Below, piece after piece: positions 40,980 through 51,895 of a stretch of DNA of 64,000 nucleotides. Position 1 is the first letter of the stretch; each line of letters opens with the position of its first letter. A program made the translations under genes and the position numbers. Source of the DNA: Patescibacteria group bacterium (GTDB lineage Bacteria > Patescibacteriota > Microgenomatia > UBA1400 > PJMF01); NCBI GenBank assembly GCA_041747555.1, contig JBGTEY010000011.1, positions 12,696-76,695 of the forward strand. Direction: 5' to 3'. The notes below the pieces were generated by a model. That model had not been told where the DNA came from and did no database searches. It worked only from the letters and a program-made list of their open reading frames with translations.

Positions 40980-41408
40980 AAGGCAGTAGTATCCAATATT
41001 TTCACAAAAAATACAAATTTTCCCCAAGTAAGCCATTTAAAGCCCCAAAATCGGCTTTTTAATTGTGAGACGGGTGTTTGTATGTCTCAAATAGAGGCCC
41101 GTGTGCATCAAAACGGTATTTTGTATACCAAATGACCTAATCCTACTGAATTACCGTTGCTAAGCAACAACTACTTACCTCCCATATCATATACGCCTGC
41201 CTTTTTAAGGTATATGCAACTAATTTGCATTTAGCACCAGGTGTATAGGGACTAAAAACCGAGAACTCAAGGTATGGAGACACCCCGAGAGGTATGGGGG
41301 AAGGAAGTAATACAAAGAAAATAATAACGAATACACAAAAACAACAAGCATGGAGAACAAACACAAATTAAGCAATGAAATCTGTGCAGTCTTTCTATAC
41401 TTGGCTTT

Positions 41409-41436
41409 ACGTCGCAAAAGTAATATTGTGCGACGT
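41409..41436. other. Candidate dif / Xer recombination site
   Basis: ACGTCGCAAAA-GTAATA-TTGTGCGACGT (11-6-11, 10 of 11 positions palindromic). Confidence 0.5.
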
Positions 41437-41976
41437 AACACATTGTGGGTCCATTTAGTAAAAGAGAGCTCTTTCGCTCTCCACCGCTTCGATAGATTGC
41501 ACATTTCTGCATAGAACATGTTTCAGCGATCACCATTCACGCTGCAGTTCACCCGCCACCGCGTCTCTCGAGTCAGTCGCACTCTGTACATTATTTTCAC
41601 TATCTCATTAAACAGGCATTCGGGTTTTTTATTCCCGCAAATTGATGTATGTACTCGAGGAATAGAATAGCCCACCAGAGGTGGCTCTACTGCAGCCGCC
41701 AGAGGTCAGATCTGGTACTTATTTTTTCATTTATGGTCGTTTACGTGCCGATTATGCAACATTTACCCTGGTGGAATGCGTGTAATGTCCTATAACTATT
41801 GGAGTTTTCCACACTCTGTACTGTATCAAACTATATCATTTTACTCTATCAAAATATATCAACATCCCCTGCTCTTGACATATGGCACACATTTTTCTTC
41901 CCCCTACTCCAGTCTGGAAAAGATTACTCAATTTTTTTAAAAAAAATAAAATAGTGCATTTTTTAACGCTATTTTT

Positions 41977-42744
41977 CTATTTTAAGGGAAAAATAATGAA
42001 GAAAATTAACACGATAAAACCTGCCACCAAGCTATATTCCGTCAGTGTCTTGGAAAACAGTCTCCCCTTGAGGTAATTATGCAAAACCCCAAGTCCCAGA
42101 TATAAGATCGACATGATAAATAATGCGTAGTACCAGATAGTAAATGGAAAAAATGACAGCACGAGCGCGATTTGTATCAGCACCGTAGTCAAGAGTACTG
42201 ATATCAAAAACTCGCCCTTTTTGAGTTTTGGCTCGAGTTTAACCGACCAAACTGACATAAAAATTAAAGGGAAATGAACAAGTCCGATCAAAAGCGCATT
42301 CCAATAAAACGCTAACCTCAGAGAAAAAATAGTATGTGAGAGCAAGAGCGAAGTCAAAAGGGTAAAAAGGAGCCCAACCGCGTGCGCAGCGTGCAATAAT
42401 TGAATCGTTCTCCCCTTCGCCACCGAATATATATTTGATGTCAGAAACAATCCGTACATCCCTACCCCAAATAAACCGAGTATTGCGATTTTACTCGCCA
42501 GATGACTCGGTAACAGAAAGTAGAAAACGCTGACGGCCGTGGCATACATGGCGGGAAATGGCACAATCGTCACGCGCTCATGACTCTGAAGGTCGTCAGA
42601 AAGTGCCCAGGTGGACACCAGATAAGTTACAGCCGTGAAAATACCAACGGCCAAGTACCTAAACTCAAGCGAGATCGCTTGCACTCCAAGGAGACCGATA
42701 CTCAGCAAAACAGCTGCAATGACAAATTTTTCTCGTCTGCGCAT
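41977..42744 (-). CDS. Integral membrane hypothetical protein
   Basis: About 8-9 TMs; NIYSVA..RTIQLL loop. Confidence 0.75.
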   Translation of the reverse strand: MRRREKFVIAAVLLSIGLLGVQAISLEFRYLAVGIFTAVTYLVSTWALSDDLQSHERVTIVPFPAMYATAVSVFYFLLPSHLASKIAILGLFGVGMYGLFLTSNIYSVAKGRTIQLLHAAHAVGLLFTLLTSLLLSHTIFSLRLAFYWNALLIGLVHFPLIFMSVWSVKLEPKLKKGEFLISVLLTTVLIQIALVLSFFPFTIWYYALFIMSILYLGLGVLHNYLKGRLFSKTLTEYSLVAGFIVLIFFIIFPLK

Positions 42745-42752
42745 ATCGTTTG

Positions 42753-43313
42753 TTACTCATCATCAGAGAGCTGGGCAGCGGTGTACACATCCTCAACATC
42801 ATCGTCAGATAAAAATTGATCTAGTAATGATTTGATCTTTTTTTCGTCTGCTGGCTCGACTGGCATGGGCATCGTGGTCACGTAGTCACCAGCGTCGTTT
42901 CGCTGAAACATATACATGGCGGAGCCTGGACTGCCAAGGGAGCCCCCTCCTCTAGAAAAAATAAATTTCATGTTGGAACTAGTGCGATTAGGATTGTCGG
43001 TCATTGCAGAAACAATTATGGGAACGCCACCAGGTCCAAATCCTTCGTAATCAATTTGTTGAATTGTCGCGCCGGTGCTGCTTTTTCCAAGACCGCGATC
43101 GATTGCGCGCTGAATATTATCTTTGGGCATGTTGGCACTGCGAGCTTTTTCAAGTGCTAATCTGAGCGATGGATTTGCGTTTGGATCTCCTGAACCACCT
43201 TCTTTGGTGGCCATTTTAATTTGTTTTGAAATTTGGGAAAAAACCTTGCCTTTTTTGGCGTCGTTTGCCCCTTTTCGCTGTTTAATATTGTTCCACTTAC
43301 TGTGTCCTGCCAT
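42753..43313 (-). CDS. yebC: YebC/PmpR family protein (short form)
   Basis: MAGHSKWNNIK, NMPKDNI, YEGFGPGG, TDNPNRT. Confidence 0.95.
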   Translation of the reverse strand: MAGHSKWNNIKQRKGANDAKKGKVFSQISKQIKMATKEGGSGDPNANPSLRLALEKARSANMPKDNIQRAIDRGLGKSSTGATIQQIDYEGFGPGGVPIIVSAMTDNPNRTSSNMKFIFSRGGGSLGSPGSAMYMFQRNDAGDYVTTMPMPVEPADEKKIKSLLDQFLSDDDVEDVYTAAQLSDDE

Positions 43314-43352
43314 ATGAAATTCTATTATACAGGATTGTTTAAAAAAACCATG

Positions 43353-43381
43353 TTGACATACGACACCACACCTTGTAGTAT
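43353..43381 (+). promoter_or_regulatory. Promoter of the TPR gene
   Basis: TTGACA-17 nt-TAGTAT. Confidence 0.55.
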
Positions 43382-43406
43382 TCTCCAGCATAACCCTGAG
43401 GGATCT

Positions 43407-44147
43407 ATGATAAGCAGAGCAACTCTCCGCAACAAAGCAATCGCCGCCGCAAAGCAAGCAAATTGGCATGAGGCGATTGAACTTAATACACTCCTTATTT
43501 CTCAAGAAAAGCACGATACTCAAGCACTTAACCGCCTTGGTGTAGCACACCTACAGCTGCGTGACGTTGATGCTGCCAAAGCAGCGTTTGAGCAAACCTT
43601 AGAAATTGATCGAACTAATACCATTGCAAAAAAGCACTTAGCTAATCTGAAAAAAAACATTATTGTGGCCGCTCCTTCGTTCACCAAACAGCATTTCATC
43701 GAAGAGCCAGGAAAAACAAAAACAGTTGAGCTTCACCGTTTGGCAGGAAAAAACTCACTCAAAGATGTTTCAGTTGGCCAAGTTTGCACACTCAAACCAA
43801 AAAATCGCTTTATCTCAATCGAAGTTGGTGATTCATACGTCGGCGCACTTCCAGAAGATCTTTCGTTTCGACTTTCTAAATTAATAAAACGCGGCAATCA
43901 GTATTCCTGCCAAGTTCGATCATGTAATGGCACCGCTTGTTCGGTCTACATCAAGGAAGAAGTTCAATCTGCAAAAAATGCAGATATCCACTCGTTCCCA
44001 CCAAATAAAAATAATCTCGCGACACTAAACGATATTGATGAAGACTTTTTACTCGAAAAAGATATACCAGTTGAAATCGTTGATACCGACAACGATGTTG
44101 AAAAGTCATTTGAAGACGTCGAATCAGATGCCCTTAATGACGATTAA
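43407..44147 (+). CDS. TPR protein with HIRAN-like middle region and acidic tail
   Basis: ALNRLGVAH...A...FEQTLEID TPR; YVGALPEDLSFRLSKLI. Confidence 0.7.
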   Translation: MISRATLRNKAIAAAKQANWHEAIELNTLLISQEKHDTQALNRLGVAHLQLRDVDAAKAAFEQTLEIDRTNTIAKKHLANLKKNIIVAAPSFTKQHFIEEPGKTKTVELHRLAGKNSLKDVSVGQVCTLKPKNRFISIEVGDSYVGALPEDLSFRLSKLIKRGNQYSCQVRSCNGTACSVYIKEEVQSAKNADIHSFPPNKNNLATLNDIDEDFLLEKDIPVEIVDTDNDVEKSFEDVESDALNDD

Positions 44148-44148
44148 A

Positions 44149-45195
44149 TTATTCACCAGACAGCGCTGCTGCGGTGTCGTTTCCAAGTAAAATAATAACA
44201 GTTCCTCGGTAATACGACTCCAAATCCTCTCTCACTTCTCTCTCTGGGGGATCAGGGAAAAATACAGAAATTTTTTCTGCAATCGGCTCGCATGTTTCGA
44301 TAACTGATGAATCGATAAGTACAATCGTACGCTCTACCGTTGGTGTTTCTGAGATTGTCCTAACCACAAATACTCCGTTTTCTTCAAAGCTATCAGTAAT
44401 TGTTCTGGCTAAGCCAGGTTCAGTCGTCGTGTTTACTACCACAACAGGGCAATTTTGTATAACTGAAGCGTCAAGCGCTCCAGGTGCAGCTATTGTTGCG
44501 TGAACTGCATCTGGTGTTGCAATCGCTTCGATACTCCCTGACTGCAGCGCATAGTACATCCGAAGTAAATCTGCCCATTGCGGGTCGGTACCAAAGCCGC
44601 GGATACCTCGCCAGAATAGTTCATTTTTAAAATCATTTGAAGCAAATGCTTCTTGGGTAATATTTGGATGAGCGACAACAGTATCAACTAACGAACCAAA
44701 AATATGCCCATACACCGCTGTTGCTTCAGGCTGATCTTTTATGCTTAAGTGTAAAAGTGGATATACTGACCGGAGTTCGTACTCACCAAATCCACTGATG
44801 ACCGATACCTCAGTATCTCCAAGCACGGGGACCACCACACTGTCTTCATACGTTGGGTGTAATCGTGCAGCTAGAACGAGCTGTCGTTCGGCATCGGGGT
44901 TGCTGGGTACTAACACTATTGTTGATTCTTCAAACTTTAGAAAAAGTAATTCGGGGAGGATAAATGAGAAGGTTAGCCAAAGCGTTGCCGCAATTCCGAG
45001 TGCTACAATCACCACACTTCGGATCAGTCTGGTCATGAAGGACGCTAGTTTTGGCCGGCTCGTTGATCTTGTGGATCGTGATCTGGATCGAGTTTTTCGC
45101 GCAGGAACTTTAGAACGGGATCGACTAGGGACACGAGACTTGCTCGCGGTCTTACGGAGTGATGTTCGTTTTTTTGGTGTCCGGGCAGGTACCAT
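44149..45195 (-). CDS. LytR C-terminal domain membrane protein
   Basis: Basic N-terminal tail, TM, VVNTT..PGLA, IILLGND. Confidence 0.75.
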   Translation of the reverse strand: MVPARTPKKRTSLRKTASKSRVPSRSRSKVPARKTRSRSRSTRSTSRPKLASFMTRLIRSVVIVALGIAATLWLTFSFILPELLFLKFEESTIVLVPSNPDAERQLVLAARLHPTYEDSVVVPVLGDTEVSVISGFGEYELRSVYPLLHLSIKDQPEATAVYGHIFGSLVDTVVAHPNITQEAFASNDFKNELFWRGIRGFGTDPQWADLLRMYYALQSGSIEAIATPDAVHATIAAPGALDASVIQNCPVVVVNTTTEPGLARTITDSFEENGVFVVRTISETPTVERTIVLIDSSVIETCEPIAEKISVFFPDPPEREVREDLESYYRGTVIILLGNDTAAALSGE

Positions 45196-45210
45196 GGTTT
45201 TTTACTGTAA

Positions 45211-46401
<1,191 letters not shown>

Positions 46402-46406
46402 TTAGG

Positions 46407-46904
46407 TTACTCGGATGCAGCTTTGGTTTCCTCTGCGTCTGAAGCAGTTTCACCAACTTCGTATCGCACAAATCGTGCAACTACAAATTTCTCTCCAATT
46501 TTTCCGCTGACCGTTTTCATGAATTGCTCAACGGTTTCTGATGGATTTTTGATGAAATCTTGCTCAAGCAATTCGGTGACAGATGTTGGCTTCATAGCTA
46601 CCACTTGCATGGCAATACCTTTTGCCATATCTTGAAAATCGCTGTTTCTGGCAACGTAATCAGTTTCGCAATTGATTTCGACTATAGCTGCGGTTTTGTT
46701 ATTTCCGTGGACGTAGCTTGCGATGTAGCCTTCTGAGGTTTCGCGATCAGCTTTTTTCTCTGCGCGAGCCATGCCTTTGAGCTTCACGATTTCAAGTGCT
46801 TTTTTGTAGTTACCCTTGGCTTCTTCGAGGGCTTTTTTACAGTCCATGATACCTGCGCCTGTTTCTTCACGAAGTTTTTTTACATCTGCGGGTGATATTG
46901 CCAT
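46407..46904 (-). CDS. tsf: Elongation factor Ts (short form)
   Basis: VKKLREETGAGIMDCKKAL; CETDYVA. Confidence 0.95.
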   Translation of the reverse strand: MAISPADVKKLREETGAGIMDCKKALEEAKGNYKKALEIVKLKGMARAEKKADRETSEGYIASYVHGNNKTAAIVEINCETDYVARNSDFQDMAKGIAMQVVAMKPTSVTELLEQDFIKNPSETVEQFMKTVSGKIGEKFVVARFVRYEVGETASDAEETKAASE

Positions 46905-46948
46905 ATCTTGCTCCTTCTCTCTCTAGTATTTGATAAAAATATGCGAAG

Positions 46949-47674
46949 TTATGCTGCTTTACCAGCTTTGTATCCAGCGGCGAGTTGAGACACGATGTAT
47001 TGAATGCTTTTGACCGCGTCGTCGTTTGCAGGAACTAAGATATCGATGTGTTCTGGATCAGCGTTTGAGTCAGCGAGGGCGATGATTCGCACTTCGGTGT
47101 CGTTTGCTTCTTTGACTGCGTTTTTCTCTCGCACTGGGTCAACCACGATGATTGCATCGGGTTTGGACTCTAATTTTCTGATTCCTTCAAAAAATCGTCT
47201 CAATCGACCGAGTTCTTTTTCAAGCTGCACTTGTTCGTATTTGGTGTAGCCGTCAAATTTCTTGTTTTTCAAGCCATCTTCAAGCTCGTTCATTCGTTTG
47301 ATTGATTTTTGAACTTGATTCCAGTTTGTGAGCAGTCCACCAAGCCAACGAGATGCGATGTAGTACATACCTGCTTCTTGTGCAGTTGAGACGACGATGT
47401 CTTTTGCTTGGCGCTTGGTGCCGACAATGACGACTGACTTGTTGTTTTTTCCGAGGGAGTGCAGATAGTTATATGCGTCTTGGAGTTGTGATGCGGTTTT
47501 GGCGAGGTCAAAAATGTGGACGCCGTTTTTTTCCATGTAAATGAACTCGTCCATTTTTGGATTCCACTTTTCTTTTTTGTGACCAAAATGACATCCTGCC
47601 TCGAGTAATTCAGCAAGATCGTATTCAGGTGCCTCTTGAGGCAATTTCGTGAGATCGATTGGTAATGTTTTCAT
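46949..47674 (-). CDS. rpsB: 30S ribosomal protein S2
   Basis: LLEAGCHFGH, RWLGGLLTN, PANDD. Confidence 0.97.
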   Translation of the reverse strand: MKTLPIDLTKLPQEAPEYDLAELLEAGCHFGHKKEKWNPKMDEFIYMEKNGVHIFDLAKTASQLQDAYNYLHSLGKNNKSVVIVGTKRQAKDIVVSTAQEAGMYYIASRWLGGLLTNWNQVQKSIKRMNELEDGLKNKKFDGYTKYEQVQLEKELGRLRRFFEGIRKLESKPDAIIVVDPVREKNAVKEANDTEVRIIALADSNADPEHIDILVPANDDAVKSIQYIVSQLAAGYKAGKAA

Positions 47675-47792
47675 GTCCTTGTTCCTCCTTTTGGAGCACG
47701 GAATTGCGGCGGTTTCGTCATAAATATCGATTTATGCGAACAGGACGTGCACTGCATCCATACATTTTTTTACTAGAAGGGGTAGTATAGCA
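47675..47792 (-). promoter_or_regulatory. rpsB promoter and structured 5' leader
   Basis: TGcTATACT; GUCCUGUUC can pair with GAACAAGGAC just before the AUG; CAUAAAU/AUUUAUG hairpin. Confidence 0.5.
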
Positions 47793-47902
47793 TACTTGGG
47801 GGGATGTGGGGAGTGTGTGCAGGCCAGCATTGGATATTGGAAACTTTTTTTCATCCACGCAAAATTTATGCATGAATAAACTTTCCCTATTTGACTCTAA
47901 TC

Positions 47903-48733
47903 CTACTCGCTCTGTCTCTTGGCTTTATTCATAAGTTTCATCCTCTCTTCTTCGATGTCTAAAACATGCATTCTCCGATGACAGTTGGGACATAATGCCA
48001 CTACGTTTTCCAACGTATCGGGACCACCCTCTGAAAGCCATTTAATATGATGTACTTCAAAAAATGGCTCATTGCTTTTATCAGTAAATGGCGCTTCCAG
48101 TTCGCACAAATCACAAATGCCACCTGCCCTTCTTTTTGCCAACTCCACTATATCTGAATTGCGGTCATACTGTTTGGATACTACAACTCTTACCCCGACC
48201 TTCTTTGGAGCCTTTTTAACCCGCGCCTCCAGTTCTTCAGTGGTTTTACTCCTTGATTTCTTATCTAATATTCTAGTCTTGTTATCAAACACGTCTTTAG
48301 TAATTATTGGCGTTTGTGACTGGTCCTCAAGCTTTAAGGGGAATACCCATACTTTTCGGTCTGTTCCATCTGCATCTGGCTGTACCTCTTCATGAGGGTC
48401 TTCAAACAAAACCATTTTTCCTTGGTAGGTATATTTTCCAGCTTCAAGCACCTCAAATAGGTGGACATCAATTCCGTTAGTATCTGACTCCGCAAGTGTT
48501 TTATTTTGACTGTAGTTCAAGTCTTGGTCTCCCCGCAAACCCATGCCAGTATAATGAAATACGTCATCCAGCCATCTATCTTCATAAACAGACTTTAAGT
48601 GGTCTGACACTAAAACGAGTGTATTTGTACGCAAACTACGTCTCATACCGCCCTGAGGAGCGCAAAGGAAGATTTCGCAAACTTCTTCGTTTGATAAGTT
48701 GGTTCCAGGTTTCAGACTTTCAATTTCATCCAT
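47903..48733 (-). CDS. SRA-like domain + HNH endonuclease (modification-dependent, type IV-like)
   Basis: QGGM, YEDRW..FHYTGMG..GDQ..QN, HLFE..YTYQG; CDLC..EVHHI..GGPD..N..LCPNCH. Confidence 0.85.
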   Translation of the reverse strand: MDEIESLKPGTNLSNEEVCEIFLCAPQGGMRRSLRTNTLVLVSDHLKSVYEDRWLDDVFHYTGMGLRGDQDLNYSQNKTLAESDTNGIDVHLFEVLEAGKYTYQGKMVLFEDPHEEVQPDADGTDRKVWVFPLKLEDQSQTPIITKDVFDNKTRILDKKSRSKTTEELEARVKKAPKKVGVRVVVSKQYDRNSDIVELAKRRAGGICDLCELEAPFTDKSNEPFFEVHHIKWLSEGGPDTLENVVALCPNCHRRMHVLDIEEERMKLMNKAKRQSE

Positions 48734-49127
48734 CGCTTTTCTCCATGAGGGTACTAATTATTGGTAAGTCAGCTTCACAGAAAGTGAAATCAGGCAATTG
48801 ATGAAGGGAAACCCATGCAATCTCTTCATGGTCATTCAGAATAAAGTCACCGGAAATGTATCGAGAGTGAAAAGCCATTAAATTTATTGTTACTTCTTTG
48901 TAACTATAAAGGCAGTTGGTAATGTGACTACCAGTCTCTGTGTTAATGCAGAACTCCTCAAGTAACTCCCTCTCTAAACACTGCTCAGGAGTTTCTCCCT
49001 CCTCAATCTTTCCTCCAGGAAACTCCCATTTTAGTTCCAAACGCGAACCTCTTTTGCGCTTGGCAATCAACACTTTTCCATCCCTCTCAATCACCGCTGC
49101 TGCTACATTTACTACCTTTTTACTCAT
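48726..49127 (-). CDS. MutT/NudG-family NUDIX (d)NTP pyrophosphohydrolase
   Basis: WEFPGGKIEEGETPEQCLERELLEE Nudix box; ADLP. Confidence 0.9.
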   Translation of the reverse strand: MSKKVVNVAAAVIERDGKVLIAKRKRGSRLELKWEFPGGKIEEGETPEQCLERELLEEFCINTETGSHITNCLYSYKEVTINLMAFHSRYISGDFILNDHEEIAWVSLHQLPDFTFCEADLPIISTLMEKSDG

Positions 49128-49175
49128 GATTAGTCTCGCAATAGATTAATACCTTGCATCTTGAGAGTCGTATGC

Positions 49176-50141
49176 TTAGAGAGAAGATGAAGTGGTACGA
49201 CTAGCCAACTCCACACAATTCTCCAACAAGCTAACAACCGTCAAGGGACCTACACCTCCAGGCACTGGCGTAATAAACGCAGCTTTTGGCGCCACAGTTG
49301 CAAATTCAACATCAGGTCGTGGTTCACCGACGTCAATCACTACAACTCCAGCAGAAACCATTTGCCCAGTTATCAGGTTTTTGCTCCCCGTGGCACTGAT
49401 AATTACTGCCGCATCCTTGAGGAAAGTGCCTAATTCAATCCGTTCATCAAGCTCTGTGCGACCGATCATTTCAACGGGATAACCTTGGTTTTTAATTTCA
49501 TAAAAAAGTGGCTGGCCCACAATATCTGATTTGCCAATAATAATATGTTTACTTATTTTGGTGATTGTATTGGGCGTGTATTTGGCGGCGTTTCTTGCTA
49601 ATTCTAAAATTAACAACACTGCCCGAGCTGTTGCTGGCATGACACTCCCCTGCTCTAGCCAGGTATTTTTTTTGATGAATCGTAATGTTTTTGGGTGCAA
49701 ACCGTCAACGTCTTTTTCCAGTGCAATGGCGCTCGTCAATTTCTTCCACCAGGCAGAAAAATCGGCAGGGGAGGGGTTGTTTTTAGTTTTGTCCCCTTCT
49801 CTAGTGCCCTGCTCCTTTGAAACGTGGGCAGTCATCCAAGTTTTCCTCCATGGTTTTTGAATGATAATTCCTGTTATTGCGGGATCTGTATTGAGTTTTT
49901 TGATAATTTTTACTATTTTTTTGGGATCGTCTCTCAATGAACACTGCTCTACCCTATAGATAATTCCTACGCGCTTTGCTGCCTCACCTTTGAGCTGGGT
50001 GTATAACCGACTCCCCTCATCTTCGGTAAACAGTACTGCTGCAATTGTCAGAGTTTGACCTTCACGAGCAATTTTTGCAACTTTTTGAGTAATTGCTTTT
50101 TCACGCTCCGCCGCCGCAGCATTTCCGTCAAAAATAATCAT
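49176..50141 (-). CDS. folD: Methylenetetrahydrofolate dehydrogenase/cyclohydrolase (divergent)
   Basis: KDVDGLHP, PAT, IGKSDIVG.P, TPVPGGVGPLTV. Confidence 0.9.
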   Translation of the reverse strand: MIIFDGNAAAAEREKAITQKVAKIAREGQTLTIAAVLFTEDEGSRLYTQLKGEAAKRVGIIYRVEQCSLRDDPKKIVKIIKKLNTDPAITGIIIQKPWRKTWMTAHVSKEQGTREGDKTKNNPSPADFSAWWKKLTSAIALEKDVDGLHPKTLRFIKKNTWLEQGSVMPATARAVLLILELARNAAKYTPNTITKISKHIIIGKSDIVGQPLFYEIKNQGYPVEMIGRTELDERIELGTFLKDAAVIISATGSKNLITGQMVSAGVVVIDVGEPRPDVEFATVAPKAAFITPVPGGVGPLTVVSLLENCVELASRTTSSSL

Positions 50142-50152
50142 TTCTTCCTTTT

Positions 50153-51058
50153 TTATTGAATCAATTTCTTAAGCCTAGCCATATTTTCTGCATCAGGACC
50201 ATTTTTATCCAAACCGGGAACCTCTAAAATTACTGGAATTTCATCGAGTTCTGGTCTTGTGAGGAAAAAGCGAAAATCATCCAATAAAATCTCTCCATCT
50301 CCCAAATTATGATGCCGATCTCTCCCCGATCCATACGGATCGCGACTGTCGTTTGCGTGGATACATTTGAGTGATTTCCAGAGATCTAAGTCTGAAATTG
50401 TTGTGACTAAACTCTTGGGAAGAGTAACATTTTTTTGGGCAGTGTCGTGTTCTGGGACCGATTCGCCAAGGTAATATCCAGCAGCAAATGAGTGGCAGGT
50501 ATCGACGCACCAGCCGAGGCGATCTCCAAATTTTGGTTGTAATTCATCGAGTAGCCATTTGACTTCTGCGAGGTCGCTACATAATTTGCCGTTTTGCCCA
50601 GCAGATGGTTCGATAAGAAATGTTGAATTTTTTGGCGAGTCACTAAGAATTTCTGCGATTGCATCTCTAACCTGAATTTTAACTGCCTCCCAACCTCTAC
50701 CTTGATGACTCCCCAAATGAACCACGATGCCGCTTCCGCCTATTTTTGCGTCAAACTGGAGGTCGTATTTAAGGACGTCGATTGATTTTTTAACAAGATC
50801 TGGCTTGTCGGAAGCTAGATTTATCAAATACAGTACGTGGGTAAAAATAGGCTGTACATCATACTTTTTTTGATATTCAAAAACTTTTTCAAAATCAAAA
50901 TCATCAAGTGGTTTTCGCTTCCAAACTTGTGGACTCCCACTAAATAATTGCAAGCAATTTCCGCCAATTTTAGCGACTCGCTCAACTGCTTTAAACTGTC
51001 CTCCAGCCGCAGAAACATGGGCTCCAATTCGTCTGTTACTCTTTTTTTCTGCTGCCAT
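50153..51058 (-). CDS. nfo: Endonuclease IV
   Basis: IGAHVS, YLINLAS, VVHLGS, DTCH, HANDS, DRH. Confidence 0.93.
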   Translation of the reverse strand: MAAEKKSNRRIGAHVSAAGGQFKAVERVAKIGGNCLQLFSGSPQVWKRKPLDDFDFEKVFEYQKKYDVQPIFTHVLYLINLASDKPDLVKKSIDVLKYDLQFDAKIGGSGIVVHLGSHQGRGWEAVKIQVRDAIAEILSDSPKNSTFLIEPSAGQNGKLCSDLAEVKWLLDELQPKFGDRLGWCVDTCHSFAAGYYLGESVPEHDTAQKNVTLPKSLVTTISDLDLWKSLKCIHANDSRDPYGSGRDRHHNLGDGEILLDDFRFFLTRPELDEIPVILEVPGLDKNGPDAENMARLKKLIQ

Positions 51059-51132
51059 GGGTCACTTCCTTTCTGGGTACATGCCTTGTATTATAGCGGT
51101 GAACGGCAAAAACCCAATGCCAGACTCAGTGT

Positions 51133-51831
51133 ATGCAAAAAAATAACTCATCAAAACTAGAATCATTTACCGTATTTCATGCCAATTCAGAAGAATATCA
51201 TCAGCTGAAACAAGAAATTTTTACCAAAGACACCTACTATTTTGAATCCGACTCCCCTGCCCCACGAATTATTGACGCGGGCGCACACATTGGGGTTGCA
51301 ACGCTGTATTTTAAAAAATTATACCCAGAGGCAATAATTACCGCCATTGAGCCGAATCCGATTAGTTTTGAACTCTTGGAACAAAATATATTTGAAAATC
51401 AGCTCTCCTTTGTTGATGCTCATCAATGCGCGCTTGGCGAAACACAGGGAAAAACAACCTACTACCGAGACAAAACAAAAAACCAGTGGCACAGCACGGG
51501 CGGATTTATCGATGGTGCGTGGACCAATCAACAAGAATCAGAAGCATTGCCCGTCATGACCCACACCCTCGCCGAATTCATTACCGAGCCTATTGATTTT
51601 CTCAAAATGGACATCGAGGGCGCCGAGCAAGCTACACTGGCAGCGGCTGGTGACTCTCTAAGGATGGTTGGAGAGTTGATTGTCGAATTTCACCCCCACC
51701 GTACTCAATCTCTTGAGGACATGCTGAAAATTCTTGATCCTTATTATAAAACCACGCTCTACAAAGACGGCAAAGAAGTCGTCTTTACTCAGGCTCGCGG
51801 GTTGGTGCATATTCATGGGCTTGCGAAGTAA
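51133..51831 (+). CDS. FkbM-family SAM methyltransferase
   Basis: IIDAGAHIG, EPNP, KMDIEGAE, VEFH. Confidence 0.9.
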   Translation: MQKNNSSKLESFTVFHANSEEYHQLKQEIFTKDTYYFESDSPAPRIIDAGAHIGVATLYFKKLYPEAIITAIEPNPISFELLEQNIFENQLSFVDAHQCALGETQGKTTYYRDKTKNQWHSTGGFIDGAWTNQQESEALPVMTHTLAEFITEPIDFLKMDIEGAEQATLAAAGDSLRMVGELIVEFHPHRTQSLEDMLKILDPYYKTTLYKDGKEVVFTQARGLVHIHGLAK

Positions 51832-51895
51832 AAGGTGCAGAAAATCAGCGATTGGTCACTGAGAGCCCAATTAGTTCGCGCCGATAATCCGCATC

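Noticed and set aside
41231-41255. Third CIRCE-like site TTAGCACCA...GGACTAA
   Set aside because: Spacing is 2 nt short and the right arm is poor
41143-41536. Three short overlapping minus-strand ORFs
   Set aside because: Mutually overlapping, odd composition, no RBS or motifs
41240-41650. Group I or II intron-like words (TTGCGGGAA, AGACTG, TAGTC, GTGCG on minus)
   Set aside because: No interrupted host gene, no domain V and no convincing P3-P7 core
41805-41813. oriC suggested by a DnaA-box-like TTTTCCACA
   Set aside because: Single box, no dnaA/dnaN nearby, and core genes converge rather than diverge
36414-41900. Prophage or integrative element at tRNA-Ala with an integrase
   Set aside because: The recombinase is ~310 aa and Xer-like without an arm-binding domain; no duplicated tRNA 3' end or phage genes were seen
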